Positions 23,371-35,044 of a stretch of 64,000 nucleotides of DNA are shown one piece after another (within the stretch, counting starts at the first letter, position 1; each line of letters begins with the position of its first letter). The stretch lies in contig SMSO01000008.1 in assembly GCA_004764695.1 (NCBI GenBank), positions 310,001 to 374,000 of the forward strand, in the 5' to 3' direction. The position numbers and the translations under genes are program-made. This DNA is from Schizochytrium sp. TIO01 (lineage: Eukaryota > Protista > Bigyra: Labyrinthulomycetes). The notes beneath the pieces were generated by a model, which made no database searches, was not told the origin of the DNA, and was given only the letters and a program-made list of their open reading frames with translations.

Positions 23371-24729
23371 ATGGCTAGCTCAGATAGTACTGAATCTGCC
23401 GCAGAATGTGGCCCGGCCAGGGAATCATCTAAAAAGCCACCAAGGAAACGACCTCGCGTGGTGAAACAGGAACCAGAGGAAAGCAACTTTGCATTAAACG
23501 GAATATCGACTAGCTCGCAAAACGATGGGAGCAAGGATGACGATGATGATAACGATGACGATAAAACACCAAGCAAAAATGCAGAGGCTTGTAGACGCAG
23601 TCGTATGAAACGCAAAGCAATGATGGACTACCTACGAAAGCGGAACGAGGAGCTCGAGGAGCAGAGACACATATATCTGGAACGTATCGCAGAGCTGCAA
23701 ATGAGGGTGTCATCCATGCACCACGCACACGGTTATGATATTTCTCGCGAGAACGAGTTACTGCGAATTGAAATTGCAAAGAACAAAGCCTTTGTGGATT
23801 CTATCGTCGCAGCAACTTCGGCAGCACCGCACGTTCTTGTTGAAGAGCGTGTTCGTCTGCTTAGATCAGCAATTGAAGCCAAAGTTGATCAAATTGCAGG
23901 TCTTGTGCACTCTTCAGCAACATGGGTTGACTGCGGTAAATACAAGACGCCGTCGGGATTTACCTTTTCGATGCGCTATCAGACGCTTCCTTACGGTGTT
24001 CCAGTCTCTCAAGCCAAGCGGCTGAGTTGGCGCGTTGAATGGTTCAATGTTCCGATTCACTCTGAGGAGTTTGCAGACCGCTATTGGCGTGCCAAGAAAA
24101 ATATTTGGGAAGCAAAATTCATCGCAGAGGGGAATCGCGATGGTATTTTGCGTCGCCTCACTACCTATGAGCCGGACGAGATCATGGAGGCAATGCAACA
24201 CATTGGCAGCAGCAATCTCTCTTGCCAGAGATATCACGAGACAGAATTTAAGAATGGTGAGGTTTCAAAGAAAACTCTCTCGATGTTATCGTTTGTTCGG
24301 TCTTCTCGCAAGGTCGAACCTAAAGACGTTCTCGGATCTGAGGTTTCGCCACCTCCTCCAAAAGGTTTGGTAAACATGCCACTCTCAGTGTATTCTGACT
24401 TTTTAAAGGAACTTCAGAGCATCGAGCTGCAGCCCACAGACGAGCCAGACTCTATCCTATTGACCTCACCTTTCGAGTCCGGCATTGCGCTTATTCCAGG
24501 CAAGACCAAACCTGACGGAACACCAGTGTGTCATCTTATTGATATTTACTCGATGCCGATGGGTTATTATCACAGCATACTTACAGCCAAAGACCTCGAG
24601 GAGAACAACGGTCAGCTTGTGAAAAAAATGATGTCCACCAACATTGAACTCATGTGGAAACTTGCACTTCAAGATGACGCCTTGCAGGATCCTGCTATGG
24701 CGTATGCGTCTTTGAACTCAGTACCATAA
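23371..24729 (+). CDS. bZIP + C-terminal (START-like) domain protein, paralog B
   Basis: First ATG after the in-frame stop at 23293. NAEACRRSRMKRKAMMDYL (~23578), YLERIAELQ, RENELLRIEI, EERVRLL, GIALIP...CHLIDIYSMPMG. Confidence 0.88.
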   Translation: MASSDSTESAAECGPARESSKKPPRKRPRVVKQEPEESNFALNGISTSSQNDGSKDDDDDNDDDKTPSKNAEACRRSRMKRKAMMDYLRKRNEELEEQRHIYLERIAELQMRVSSMHHAHGYDISRENELLRIEIAKNKAFVDSIVAATSAAPHVLVEERVRLLRSAIEAKVDQIAGLVHSSATWVDCGKYKTPSGFTFSMRYQTLPYGVPVSQAKRLSWRVEWFNVPIHSEEFADRYWRAKKNIWEAKFIAEGNRDGILRRLTTYEPDEIMEAMQHIGSSNLSCQRYHETEFKNGEVSKKTLSMLSFVRSSRKVEPKDVLGSEVSPPPPKGLVNMPLSVYSDFLKELQSIELQPTDEPDSILLTSPFESGIALIPGKTKPDGTPVCHLIDIYSMPMGYYHSILTAKDLEENNGQLVKKMMSTNIELMWKLALQDDALQDPAMAYASLNSVP

Positions 24730-24939
24730 TTATCACTCCACACAGCACCCCAAGAAAACCAATTACAAAGGAAGGCAAAATAATAGACTAGATTATTGTA
24801 CGACCTCGTATGTGCACATTGGCTTTTCCAACAATTGGACAGCTCTGGAATAGCCCCCATCTTTATTTTCTGTAACAAATTAAGGCTTTGCATGAATCAA
24901 ATTTAATATTGTATAATTTTTTAGCTGACTTCTCATTTT

Positions 24940-25860
24940 CTTAGTATCTATAAGAAATTTTGTATTTGTAGAGTAAGTCTGTATAAAGTGGTAAATATGA
25001 GATTCCATCAGTATCATAGATTGCGAGGTAATCTTTGAGGATAAAGAAAATATATTCAGCAGTAAATGTCTGATAGAACATTTCAAAGTTGTTTTCTTCC
25101 TTATCGAAGTATTTATTGAAAAGCCTTCGCCACGATTCGCTAGGAGGTTACATCTTTCTGATCCATCAATTCGTAACCTTTAATGCGAGCAAGAATTTCG
25201 TTGAAGTTAGCTATCTTTTTGGATTCGATGTCTTCAATGACTGTGTCGATGTATTCGTCGAAGTCACCGCCATAGACTACGCGAATGATATTTTTCAAAA
25301 ACTCATCATAATGATCGTGACGAGTGCCAAACTCATTCGTATTGGATGGCGTAGTTTGCCATCTTAAATTTGTGGCAATGTGATCTGGTGGAGCGTGAAG
25401 TGGTAAAATTGAAGTACTTTTGGAAACGGATTCGAAGCAACTATTAATCATGCAATAAACATGGGCTGCAAACTTCAAGTTTAATCCTGTTTCATTAACC
25501 ATAAGGAAATTATCAAGATTTGGAAGTCCTAATTTCTCCTTTGTGTGGTCTTTTGTGATTGCCCAAACCATAATCATAGCTTCAATGTGTTGTAGCTCGC
25601 TTAGAATGGATTGGATACTAACATTTGTTGGCATTCTTTCGTCGTTGTCAATATGTTGGAGATCAGATAATGTATAAAAGATGATATTGAGGATCTCCCA
25701 AAATTCTGCAACTGTTAAATTATGGAGAATAATTTGTGAAAACTGATTTGGAAAGTAGTGTTTGGTTAAAAAGCTTCTCAATGCATGTAGAATGGAATGT
25801 AGTTTGTCTATATCTTTAAGAAGTGCGAGTATTTTGCGGAACCCAGAATCAGACCTTGAT
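24940..25860 (-). pseudogene. Decayed AT-rich gene of unknown origin
   Basis: 213-aa open frame (25140-25781) with no ATG near its 5' end; the frame stays open upstream to a TGA near 25860. After the stop, a shifted frame continues as protein-like sequence (NKYFDKEENNFEMFYQTFTAEYIFFILKDYLAIYDTDG...). Composition is AT-rich, unlike the host genes. Confidence 0.45.
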
Positions 25861-26036
25861 CAGTCGTTTGTTTTTTGAAAATCGCGTAAGTCAAAGGTTG
25901 TGCAGACAGGCAGAGAGATAGAAGAAGAAAGAGACAAGAGAAGAGCTATTCTAATAGAGCTTGACGAGAGACATCATGGGACGAGTTGATGAACCAAAAT
26001 TTGACATTCAACAGACCCGAATCTAACTTTGACAAG

Positions 26037-27399
26037 ATGGATCAGTCGGTTCAAGATTCGATTTATCGATTACCTAGTGTCAGGAATACAGAGCGAGATT
26101 GGATTTCTAATGTTGTTACTTTCATTGAAGATATAGGACCAGTATATGCTTCAGATGCAGAACTCCGTGATGCTCCTATTTTTGTTGCGGAACGCTTCTT
26201 GCGCAATTTGTCTGCTTCTACAGAAGATCCTGAGTATTTTTTGACCCTGAATGACGTTTTTCCCATGACTTTGAAAGACCGTATTGTTTGCCGGCCTTCT
26301 CCAACTTTTGACACTGACTTCCAGTATGTGATTTCCCCTCTGACAGAAGGTTCTTTCGAATCGGTAGAAAGGTTTATTCGTGGTATCTATAATGGCGTTG
26401 GTAGTCCGCAGCTGATGGATCTTGAGACTTTTTTGACGCAATGGGTCACAGACGGATTCTGTTACGCATGGTGTTTTCTAGTTACACATATGGTGTTTGT
26501 TCCAGTTGATTATACTAATGCTAAATCCAAAGTAGGATTCAGAAGAGTATTTGGAGAAGCTTCTGATGAAACTTCTTTGCGTGACAGGTTTGACATCACT
26601 GCCAAAAGTTTTGAACCTACTCTTCTTTTCGATCGATTTGTGAATTTCCAAAAATTGTTCAGGCGAATTTATGGGGCATACTTTGTTGCGCTTCGCTAGT
26701 TTTATTGCTAAATATGATTAAACTCTCATTCGGGAACTTGCTGTCTTTGGCGATCCGATAGAATTTGATGAGGGTGACTCTAGAACATTATCTGAAGCGC
26801 TCATTCCTGTCCGGCTGACTTCACTGATAAGTCCTTACTTTGAGCATGTTGAAATTTTATCGACTAGAATTTCCATTACTTTGGGAAATGCTGTTCCCCC
26901 CCCAAATGTAATTGATATATTGTCTCATTCAGTCCGCAACGATTCAGTTGAAGCTCCATGGTCCTTGTCTCGTTATGCACAAATGGTCATCGTCATAGGT
27001 CAGCATGCTAATGCTCTATTGTACTTGATGCTTTCTCCGCGAAAGAAGCAATTGAGTATTCAATTCACCTCCGTTAGTCTCTTGCAGCGCATTCCTATCG
27101 ATGAAAGTCTTGATCGAGAAATTGAAAACTATGGTAAGGGTAAATGGAAGAGACAAGTGTTAGATGTGAAACAATTGATTCCAACTAGTTCAATAGTTAC
27201 TGGTTTTACATTGAATTATGATTCCTCGAAATTAACCACTATTGAGCGTCGTTTCCTTACCATTTTATTGCAAGTTTGGTTGTTTTATATTGTTCACATT
27301 TTGAATCCTCAAGTCGATGGTGGGAACTTGTTAGAAATGGAAAAGTTGAAAGATGCAAATTTAGATGATTCTGGCCTGCGGTGGTTAAGTTTGAATTGA
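26037..27399 (+). pseudogene. Decayed gene of unknown origin split by a frameshift/stop near 26700-26720
   Basis: The 237-aa ORF ends at 26699. The frame of the 26881-27399 ORF is open back to 26722 (TLIRELAVFGDPIEFDEGDSRTLSEALIP...), which suggests one interrupted gene of roughly 450 aa. No domain recognised. Confidence 0.5.
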
Positions 27400-28590
27400 A
27401 TCGAAAAGATGCTTTAAAAAAGGCGCTTAAATCAGACAGATTTAAGATGCTCTATAGGTTCAGGAAAAGTGCCTTTTCAATACATAGTGAAACAATTCAC
27501 TTTATGAATTCACTAAGATTTAGCTGCTGTTGCTATTGCTATAGCTACTACTGTTCTGCTTATCTTGCTGCTTGGCATAATCATGAATGTCAGCTTTCCA
27601 AAATCAGTTCATCGAGGTTAGCAGTCACCCGCACTAGGCTATGCACACCTACGATAGGGGCCCACCAAAATGCTCAAAGGCTGATGGTCCATAAACAGTT
27701 GACAATGTTGAACCACTCATGCATATATGCATTCGCCCTCCATCCAAGCGCGATTTGATTGGTTTTATGGTCACAAAGTATGCGCAGTGTATTGAGCTCT
27801 TTTGAAGAGTTGGACATACTTAGCTCCTTAATAAAATCACTGTACCCACACCAAGGCTCCTTCTATCTGGGGTTGTAAGTAAGTTGGCAAAACCAGCTGT
27901 TGCCTCCTCCAGGCCAAGTCTCGATGAGCTTTGTCTTCAAAGAAATCAATGCTTTCTCTCTCGAACTCCTCCAGCGAATGGTGTCAGTTTCTGAATTACA
28001 AATGAACAAAAACAATGGACGAAGAATACTTGTTGATTTCGGTAGAATACAGGAGAAAGTGGTAGAATAAATGAACAATTAAATGAACGTGCTTCACAGA
28101 ACACGCAGCAAACCAAATGACACTTTTCTTCTAGTGCGTTTTTTATTGAAGCAAACCTGGTTGACACTTGTCGTGAATAAAGCACGCGTGAGAGAGTGTC
28201 CTTGGCCTGCGGTGAGGCTGTAGGTATTACTGGTAATTTGTTTTCAAGTGGTCCCATACCGTCTTGGTTTGACCTTGTTTTAGTTTTGCCTTGTGAGCAA
28301 ACTCTTGTTCTTTCTATAAAACTATTGTTTTACATAGAAAGGTGCTATATATAAAAATTTGATGTGCTTATGTTACAAAAAGAATTTCAATAAAAGTTCA
28401 TCGCAGCGCCAAAGCGGGATCTCTCTCTCCAAGCAACTGTTGTAGGACATTCTCGCGAGCAGCTTGCTCGCTTGCTGAAGCACTTGCAGATCCTTGCTAG
28501 TCTGTGTGCAACTGGAGTGAGGCATGAGCAAGCAAGGCCCTGCTGCGAACTGTTTATCTTGCAATAGCAGTGGCAAAGGTCTCGGCAACA

Positions 28591-30225
28591 ATGCAGCGGG
28601 AACAGCAACAGCGGGAGCAGCAACAACGACAGCAACGTGCAGCAACGAGCAGCAACGGCAGCAGCAACAGCATCAGCAGTCAGAGCTTTGTTGCGCTAGG
28701 GCAGCCCTGGCCAGCGAAAACATATAATTCATTTACGAGAATGGTGGGCCTGAATGAAGGCGAGATTGGAAAACAGGTCATTGCGGAGATTGAGACAGGC
28801 GTGCACATGCCGGAATACTTCAGGCCTCACGCTGATGATGATGGGGAGCACTCGCACGAGAAACTACAACATACGGGCCTCCAGTCTCTTTTTGCAGGAA
28901 ATCAACCTGAGGCTACAAGCCACGATTCCGACGAGATCAAATGGTCTAAACTCAATGGAGACATCGACGGATTGTTGAGAGCAGATCTTGGCGCCCAAGA
29001 AACTCCTGTATCTTCGAAAGTATCAGATTCGCGCAATGCAGATGCATGCCGTCGTAGTCGGCTTAAGCGAAAAGCTGATATCAAGGACTTAAAACATCGC
29101 AACGCAGAATTAGAGAGACGAAGAGAAATATACTTAGAGCGAATTGCACAGCTTCAAGTGGAGGTTGACGCGCTAAGACATGCTAACTGTATTGACGTCG
29201 CAAAAGAAAATGAACTTCTCCGCGCTGAGATTGAGAGACATAAAATTTTCATCTCGCGCATCATACATGCCATGGATGAGGCACCTAATATGGTTCCTGA
29301 GGAGAGAGTTCGGCTCTTGAAAACAGGTATCGAAAGTGCTCAAAGTCAGGTCATAGGCATGCTCTACACGTCTACTTGTTGGCGGCCCATCTCACCAATC
29401 AAACTAAATGGAGGTGTTGAAATTCTTTTCTATTATCAATTTTTACCTGTAAATGCGGCTCCTCATGAAATAAAGCGATGGAACATGCGCTGCGAGATTT
29501 ATAATATCAATGTCCCGCCAGCTTATTTAAATTCTGAAGCATGGAAGAAATGCGGCGATCTTGAAACCCTTCGAAGGCTAGAGAAAGACCGTTCCAGTCT
29601 CGATGGGGTTCGTCGAACCATCGAACCGTATCTGGCTCCGGCGTTCCAAGAGGCCCGAGATATGCTCCCGGGCCATCTTGAAGCATTCCAAATAACTGAA
29701 AAGCATCCTCTCTCGAAGCGTTTGCCTTCTGGTGTATATCCTCCAGATGCGTCTGTTCTGCGCTTTTGGGTTGCCGCCACAATGCGTGAAAATGAGGTGT
29801 ACCCTCGTTCATTCATATGTGCAGAAGGATCAAGGTCAGATTGTGTGAAAACCATTTCTGCGGAGTTTTCTGATCAGCCTATCAAATGTAAGATTACGAC
29901 CTATACAGAAGTTGGGCGAGCGTTGGTGAGCGCAGGCATTGTTCCTTCGCAAAAGGACGTCCCGAACGTTCGTCATTTAAACTCATCGGCTCTCTCAGGG
30001 CATATCGTCATCCCGTCCAAGCAGGGGGCGTCATGCCATGTAATCTCTGTCGGGTCCGTTCCCATTGGTACTTTGGGTACAATCGGAAAGCCAGAGAATC
30101 TGGTCAATCATGATGGCTCTCTAACGAAATCTTGCTTAGAGCATCTTCGTTTTCGCACCAAGCTTTACTGGGAGGATAGCATAAGAGTTGCGCGTTTGCG
30201 TGCGCAAGACGGCGTATTACAGTAG
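28591..30225 (+). CDS. bZIP + C-terminal (START-like) domain protein, paralog C
   Basis: NADACRRSRLKRKADIKDL (~29035), YLERIAQLQ, KENELLRAEI, EERVRLL, EIKRWNMRCE, GHIVIP...CHVISVGSVPIG...DGSLT. Gln-rich N-terminus. Alternative start at ATG 28741. Confidence 0.88.
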   Translation: MQREQQQREQQQRQQRAATSSNGSSNSISSQSFVALGQPWPAKTYNSFTRMVGLNEGEIGKQVIAEIETGVHMPEYFRPHADDDGEHSHEKLQHTGLQSLFAGNQPEATSHDSDEIKWSKLNGDIDGLLRADLGAQETPVSSKVSDSRNADACRRSRLKRKADIKDLKHRNAELERRREIYLERIAQLQVEVDALRHANCIDVAKENELLRAEIERHKIFISRIIHAMDEAPNMVPEERVRLLKTGIESAQSQVIGMLYTSTCWRPISPIKLNGGVEILFYYQFLPVNAAPHEIKRWNMRCEIYNINVPPAYLNSEAWKKCGDLETLRRLEKDRSSLDGVRRTIEPYLAPAFQEARDMLPGHLEAFQITEKHPLSKRLPSGVYPPDASVLRFWVAATMRENEVYPRSFICAEGSRSDCVKTISAEFSDQPIKCKITTYTEVGRALVSAGIVPSQKDVPNVRHLNSSALSGHIVIPSKQGASCHVISVGSVPIGTLGTIGKPENLVNHDGSLTKSCLEHLRFRTKLYWEDSIRVARLRAQDGVLQ

Positions 30226-33200
30226 AGTTACATCTACTACAACGTGCTTCTTTTTTCTTTTCTTTTTTTCCAATTACTAGCTGTCCTGTTCGACATATTT
30301 CGTTTTGTGCAAAATTTTGTGGGAAAGGTCTCTTTTTCTTTATTTCTAGGCCACATGTATATTGCGCTATTCGCTACTGCTTATTCGCTTTGCATGGTTT
30401 TGCATGGTTTGTCAACATATTACATTAGTATAAAGATACATGACACTCGAACGAAAAAATCCACCAGTCTTGGAGTTTGCATATCCTGTTTAGGTCTGTT
30501 AAATAACTTGATATATCCTGACTATCATGCTTCTTTCTTAGAGTATTTGCAAAATCATCTCAAGGTACTTGGGATTGTCACTCTTGTCGCACAGTTATAT
30601 TATTATTAGTCAATTCGCTGTTTTCCACTCCTTCGTTTTCTTAACACGATGTTCATTTGACCTCTCTACAACACATTATAAAGATCTCTTATCTACAAAT
30701 GAGACATTGACTAACATAAAATGTTTTTGACACATTGAGCGGGGATCTTCTTTATACATATAATCAATCAGGTATACTCTACTTAACACACTGTAGAAGA
30801 AGGAGGAGGAACCATTGTCTCATGGTAAGTACCTACCATGGTAAGTATAGATGTGGAGGTATATAGTAGTAGTATTTCCCCCCAACCCTCATCCTAGCCA
30901 GTTTCAAGTTTCTAACCTGGTATGCACAGATTTCTAAAAACCAAAACTGCACTGACTAGGTACGTTAGTATAGTCTACTACCCGACTCCGACTCCCATCT
31001 TAGGTGCAGTTGCTACCGTTTCTACCGTTGCTACTCTCGCCGTTCCTGTTATGCCTGCTTTTGAAACCCGAGGCCACTTCACGTGTTGACAGCGCTAGAG
31101 AGGCACCAGATAACAACAGCTTTCATGGAGACATTGGCCAGCACGCAGTAGTTCAGTTCAGAGAGTGTTTCTTGTGACACCAATCGTTCTGTCCCTGATG
31201 CTGCTGAGAACTCAGCTGCAACGCTGCCCGTTGCTAAGTGCAAATTGATTTGTGCATATTTGTGCCAGCCGTGACCAAGTCTACGACCTTTGCATGGCCA
31301 CTCCGGAAGAGTCTTCTTCCACATCTGACTGATGAGAACCCGCTCCGCATCTAGTTCTCGAGCACTTGTGGGCTTACAGCTACTTTTTAAAGAGAGTGAA
31401 TCCAACGACCATCACTCATGGCTTGCAGCACTCAGGCCTATTGAGCATATTCTCTCTGCAAGCTCTGATCGCTGTGAAGACATAAAAGCTAGGGGAAAGG
31501 GGGTTTGCACGGGCGTCTCTCCTTTATAGCATTGGTTTGTTGCAGGACTGTAGAATCTAATAACCCCTCGATTAGCCCAAATTCATTTCACTGAAGCTGC
31601 ACGGACGCCTTGCCTTATCTTGTCTTGTCTTGTCCTGTCTTGTCTCGTCTGCGTTGCAAAGCACGCATGCCTCTTCATGCACCTCAACCCATGTTGTGTC
31701 CGCACAAGCCAATCACACGACTCCATAAAACGGGAGTGAGTGTGTCAAGAGTCTGGAGGCTGACATGAGGGAGTCTTACTGTGTAGTATTGATAAGGCGC
31801 GATGAAACACAAGCGTCCGCCCTGTTGTCCCACTATGTGACAAAGGCAACTCAGGGTTATGACGCTCTGTTCGATGTCTTCAGAGGAGTACAACCGTAGT
31901 GCAAAGGTGCTTTCGCTCGTGTAAAGCAATTCATATACCTAAGACGTCGTACGTGAATATCTATATATCTATATATAACTACTTACTGCACGCGTCTCAA
32001 TTTAGTGCAATGCGGGCCAATTTGACCCCGAGAGACTCCTTCATCATGCGCGGACGTCTTGGAGACGCGATTAAACCATCGATCAGCAAATTTGATTTGT
32101 ATAAGATCTCTCGTAGGATGTCACAACTTGTACACTCGACTTGTACACTCGAAGCACAAAGGAAGAGGTTTTCCGTTGTCTTTCTGTTCTTCCCTTCAAG
32201 TTGTTCCTGTGGAGGTAAACAGTATCACTTAGGTACCTACACAGCGCAGAGTGAGAGAAAGTACAGTAAATCGCGCTCCTTCATGTTCCGCAGCCGAGTC
32301 CACGCCGTCATGCTTGTCAACAAAACCTGCATATCGCTCACCCTCACTAGCTGCCATTTCGATTGTTGTCTCCGTCCATTCATGACAGCAGCGTCGATTC
32401 TTTCACTCGAACCTGACCTGATAAGCTTTCGATAATCTCGTAACCTTCGATCCATCCCATCGGAGCTGCGGAGACTGAGTGACCTTCGTTCCTTTTCTGC
32501 TCCGCGTTCTTCAATCGAGTGTTCTCTGGCGCCAATACTTTCATTACCCACTCAATCACTCATTCACTCATTCACTCTTTCCTTCCTCTGTCCATAATGT
32601 GATGGCAGAAATATGTGCCTTTATAAAAAAAAAAAAAAAAAAACCAAAAAAACAAAAACAAAAAAACTTGAAGACATAACTAACTAGCATGGATATGCAC
32701 AGCCTACATAATTACAAATTACTTTTAACCAAAACAGCACACAGAGCGAAACTCGTTCATTTCAACGCCAAGCTCATTTCTCGTGCACGAGGTATGCAGG
32801 ACCGCGTCCAGCTGGGACTGGCTGTTCCTTCTCGCGGTTCGGTCTTGAGGTTGAGATTGCCAGGCCATTTCGAGGCACGCGGAGCAAGTCTTCCCCACAA
32901 CAACTGTGACTGGGAACTGAGTTCGTTCCCGCCTGAGCGACGACTCCACTGCCCCTACCGCTGCCTACCTGGGTGCTACTGCCTTTCCAACGAGTCTACG
33001 ATCAACTTCTATTCATTCATTTAGTTTTAAAATTAATTTATTTAGTTTTCACATTTATTTATTTATTTAGTTAGTTAGTTTATGTATTTAGTTTATGCAC
33101 TTAATTTATCTGTTTCCCCCCGAATTCTTCGATTTCTTCACGAATTCGCCCATGAACTTGAACATCGCCAAAACCCATTCGCTCGCGCACGTTCTCGTTT

Positions 33201-35044
33201 TAAAAGGCGCCTTAGAAGAAGAAGAAGAAGAAGAAGCCAGCCACAGCTTCCTCCCTCCCCACAGAAGCTTTTCCTTGGTCCTGCTCGCGGATAGAAGCAA
33301 AGAAATAAAGTACTGAACGCGTCTCGAGCCAATCAAATTGAAAAGGCCGCTCGTCTCCGCGAGGACCGCCCTCCACAGATGAAGAAGTCTCGTGTTGAAG
33401 CGGCGAGGAGGACCGCGCGTCGCGAAAGCGGAGGCTAGCTAGGTTTCAAGCTAGGTTCCACGGGCGCGAGGGCGATTGAGCAAGTGGACTGACTGATTGA
33501 CTGACTGACTGTTTAGGCTCCATAAGTATTTGCAGCGGCAGTAAAGTAAAGTTCAAGTTTTAATGATGATGGGGTTAAAAATAAAATATTAATTTGTTGT
33601 TGATTTAAACTAATTGACAATTGAAAAGCCAATATCGTATTGAAACAAAAAAGTAAAAAAGTAAATGAATAAAGTAAATAAATAAAATAAACATATTGTG
33701 AACTTTTTCATCTTCTTTGAGATGACAGGCGAACTGGGCATCGAGATGGAAATAAATGAAATAAGCAAGCTCTGGCCTCACTTACTTACTTGTGCTTCCT
33801 GATGTGAGGCAAACCAGTGCTAACCAGATAAATCATTTGTGAAATTGGGAAGAAGAGACCAACGTTGCTTGTAAAAGGGCAATCTACAACATGAATGAAA
33901 GGCACACTGTTCCCTCACTCTCTATCTAAGTACGACTACAACGTCCTCTTCTAGCTCGGTAACGTGCACTTTGGCGCTCACTTCGCGTCTCGCGGCTGCA
34001 AGTGAAACAAATAAGGTGTTACAAGTGAACTTTTATTCGGCACAAGTAGAGTATATGCATGTAAAGTGGAGTATTAGCCAGAACAAGTGCAGCAAACGGT
34101 CGCCTCGCCAGTCTCCTCTGAAGAGAAGAGACGGAAAGGAAGTTGGATGGTTTAGTTAGTGAGTTAGTGAGTTAGTTAGGTGATGCAAGAAAAGAACGGT
34201 CGCTCGAATGGGACAAAAGAACTCAGAGTACCAGCTGCTTAAAGTTATTGGGTGATGTGGTGGTAATCAGCGTTGATGTCAGGTACAGTGAGGGAATGGA
34301 AGGCGGCCATTTCGAAGAGCTAAGCCTTTGGTGACTTGCTTTAATTGCCGTTGTTCGCGTGGACCATAAGTTGCTTTTCATGTTTTTGTTTTTGTTTATT
34401 TAAAACACCTTTTTTATAATGTGTAACTATAAATAAATTTTAGAGAAAGTTTATTTATATCGAAGTTCAGGCACATAGCACATATAATGATTGTTGTTAT
34501 TCTTTGGAAAAGATCTCTGGATGTGATTCCTATTTTGGTTTAACCTGTCGCGTGCTGAGCACTCACGAATTGTATGTTCAATCCATACTTGAGAGTACCT
34601 CTGCGCAGGTATACACGTGTTTTGATGATTCCTTCGAATGATAACTCCGAGCTGGGCTGGAATTTTGACAAATCATAACTGGTCATAACTCCCTTCTTTC
34701 ATCTTCTGATAGAAAACTAAAGAGAAATTAATTGTTTATTTGTTTTCTTTCTAATGCAGAAAAGAACACAAAAGGAATTAGAAAGAAACCACGAAAAGCA
34801 AAGCCGCAACACTTCCGAAGAAGACGCTTCGCTGCAGAACACTGCCGTTCGCGCGGTCACGCGGCCGGGAACTCCGGAACTCGCTGGGGAGGGGCTTCGG
34901 AGAAGCCCTCGCACCAATTGTCCTTCGTCCTCGACCTCTTTGACGGCGAGTCTTGCTCTCCAAGTCTCGTCTTCGTCATCTTAGTCGTGTTCTTTGCCAA
35001 AGTAGGTCTCCAGCCTAAGTTGACATAACCTTGGCGCCAAGGAG

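Noticed and set aside
30244-30609. 121-aa hydrophobic ORF after paralog C
   Set aside because: GTG start in T-rich 3'UTR-like sequence immediately after a stop codon; no motifs.
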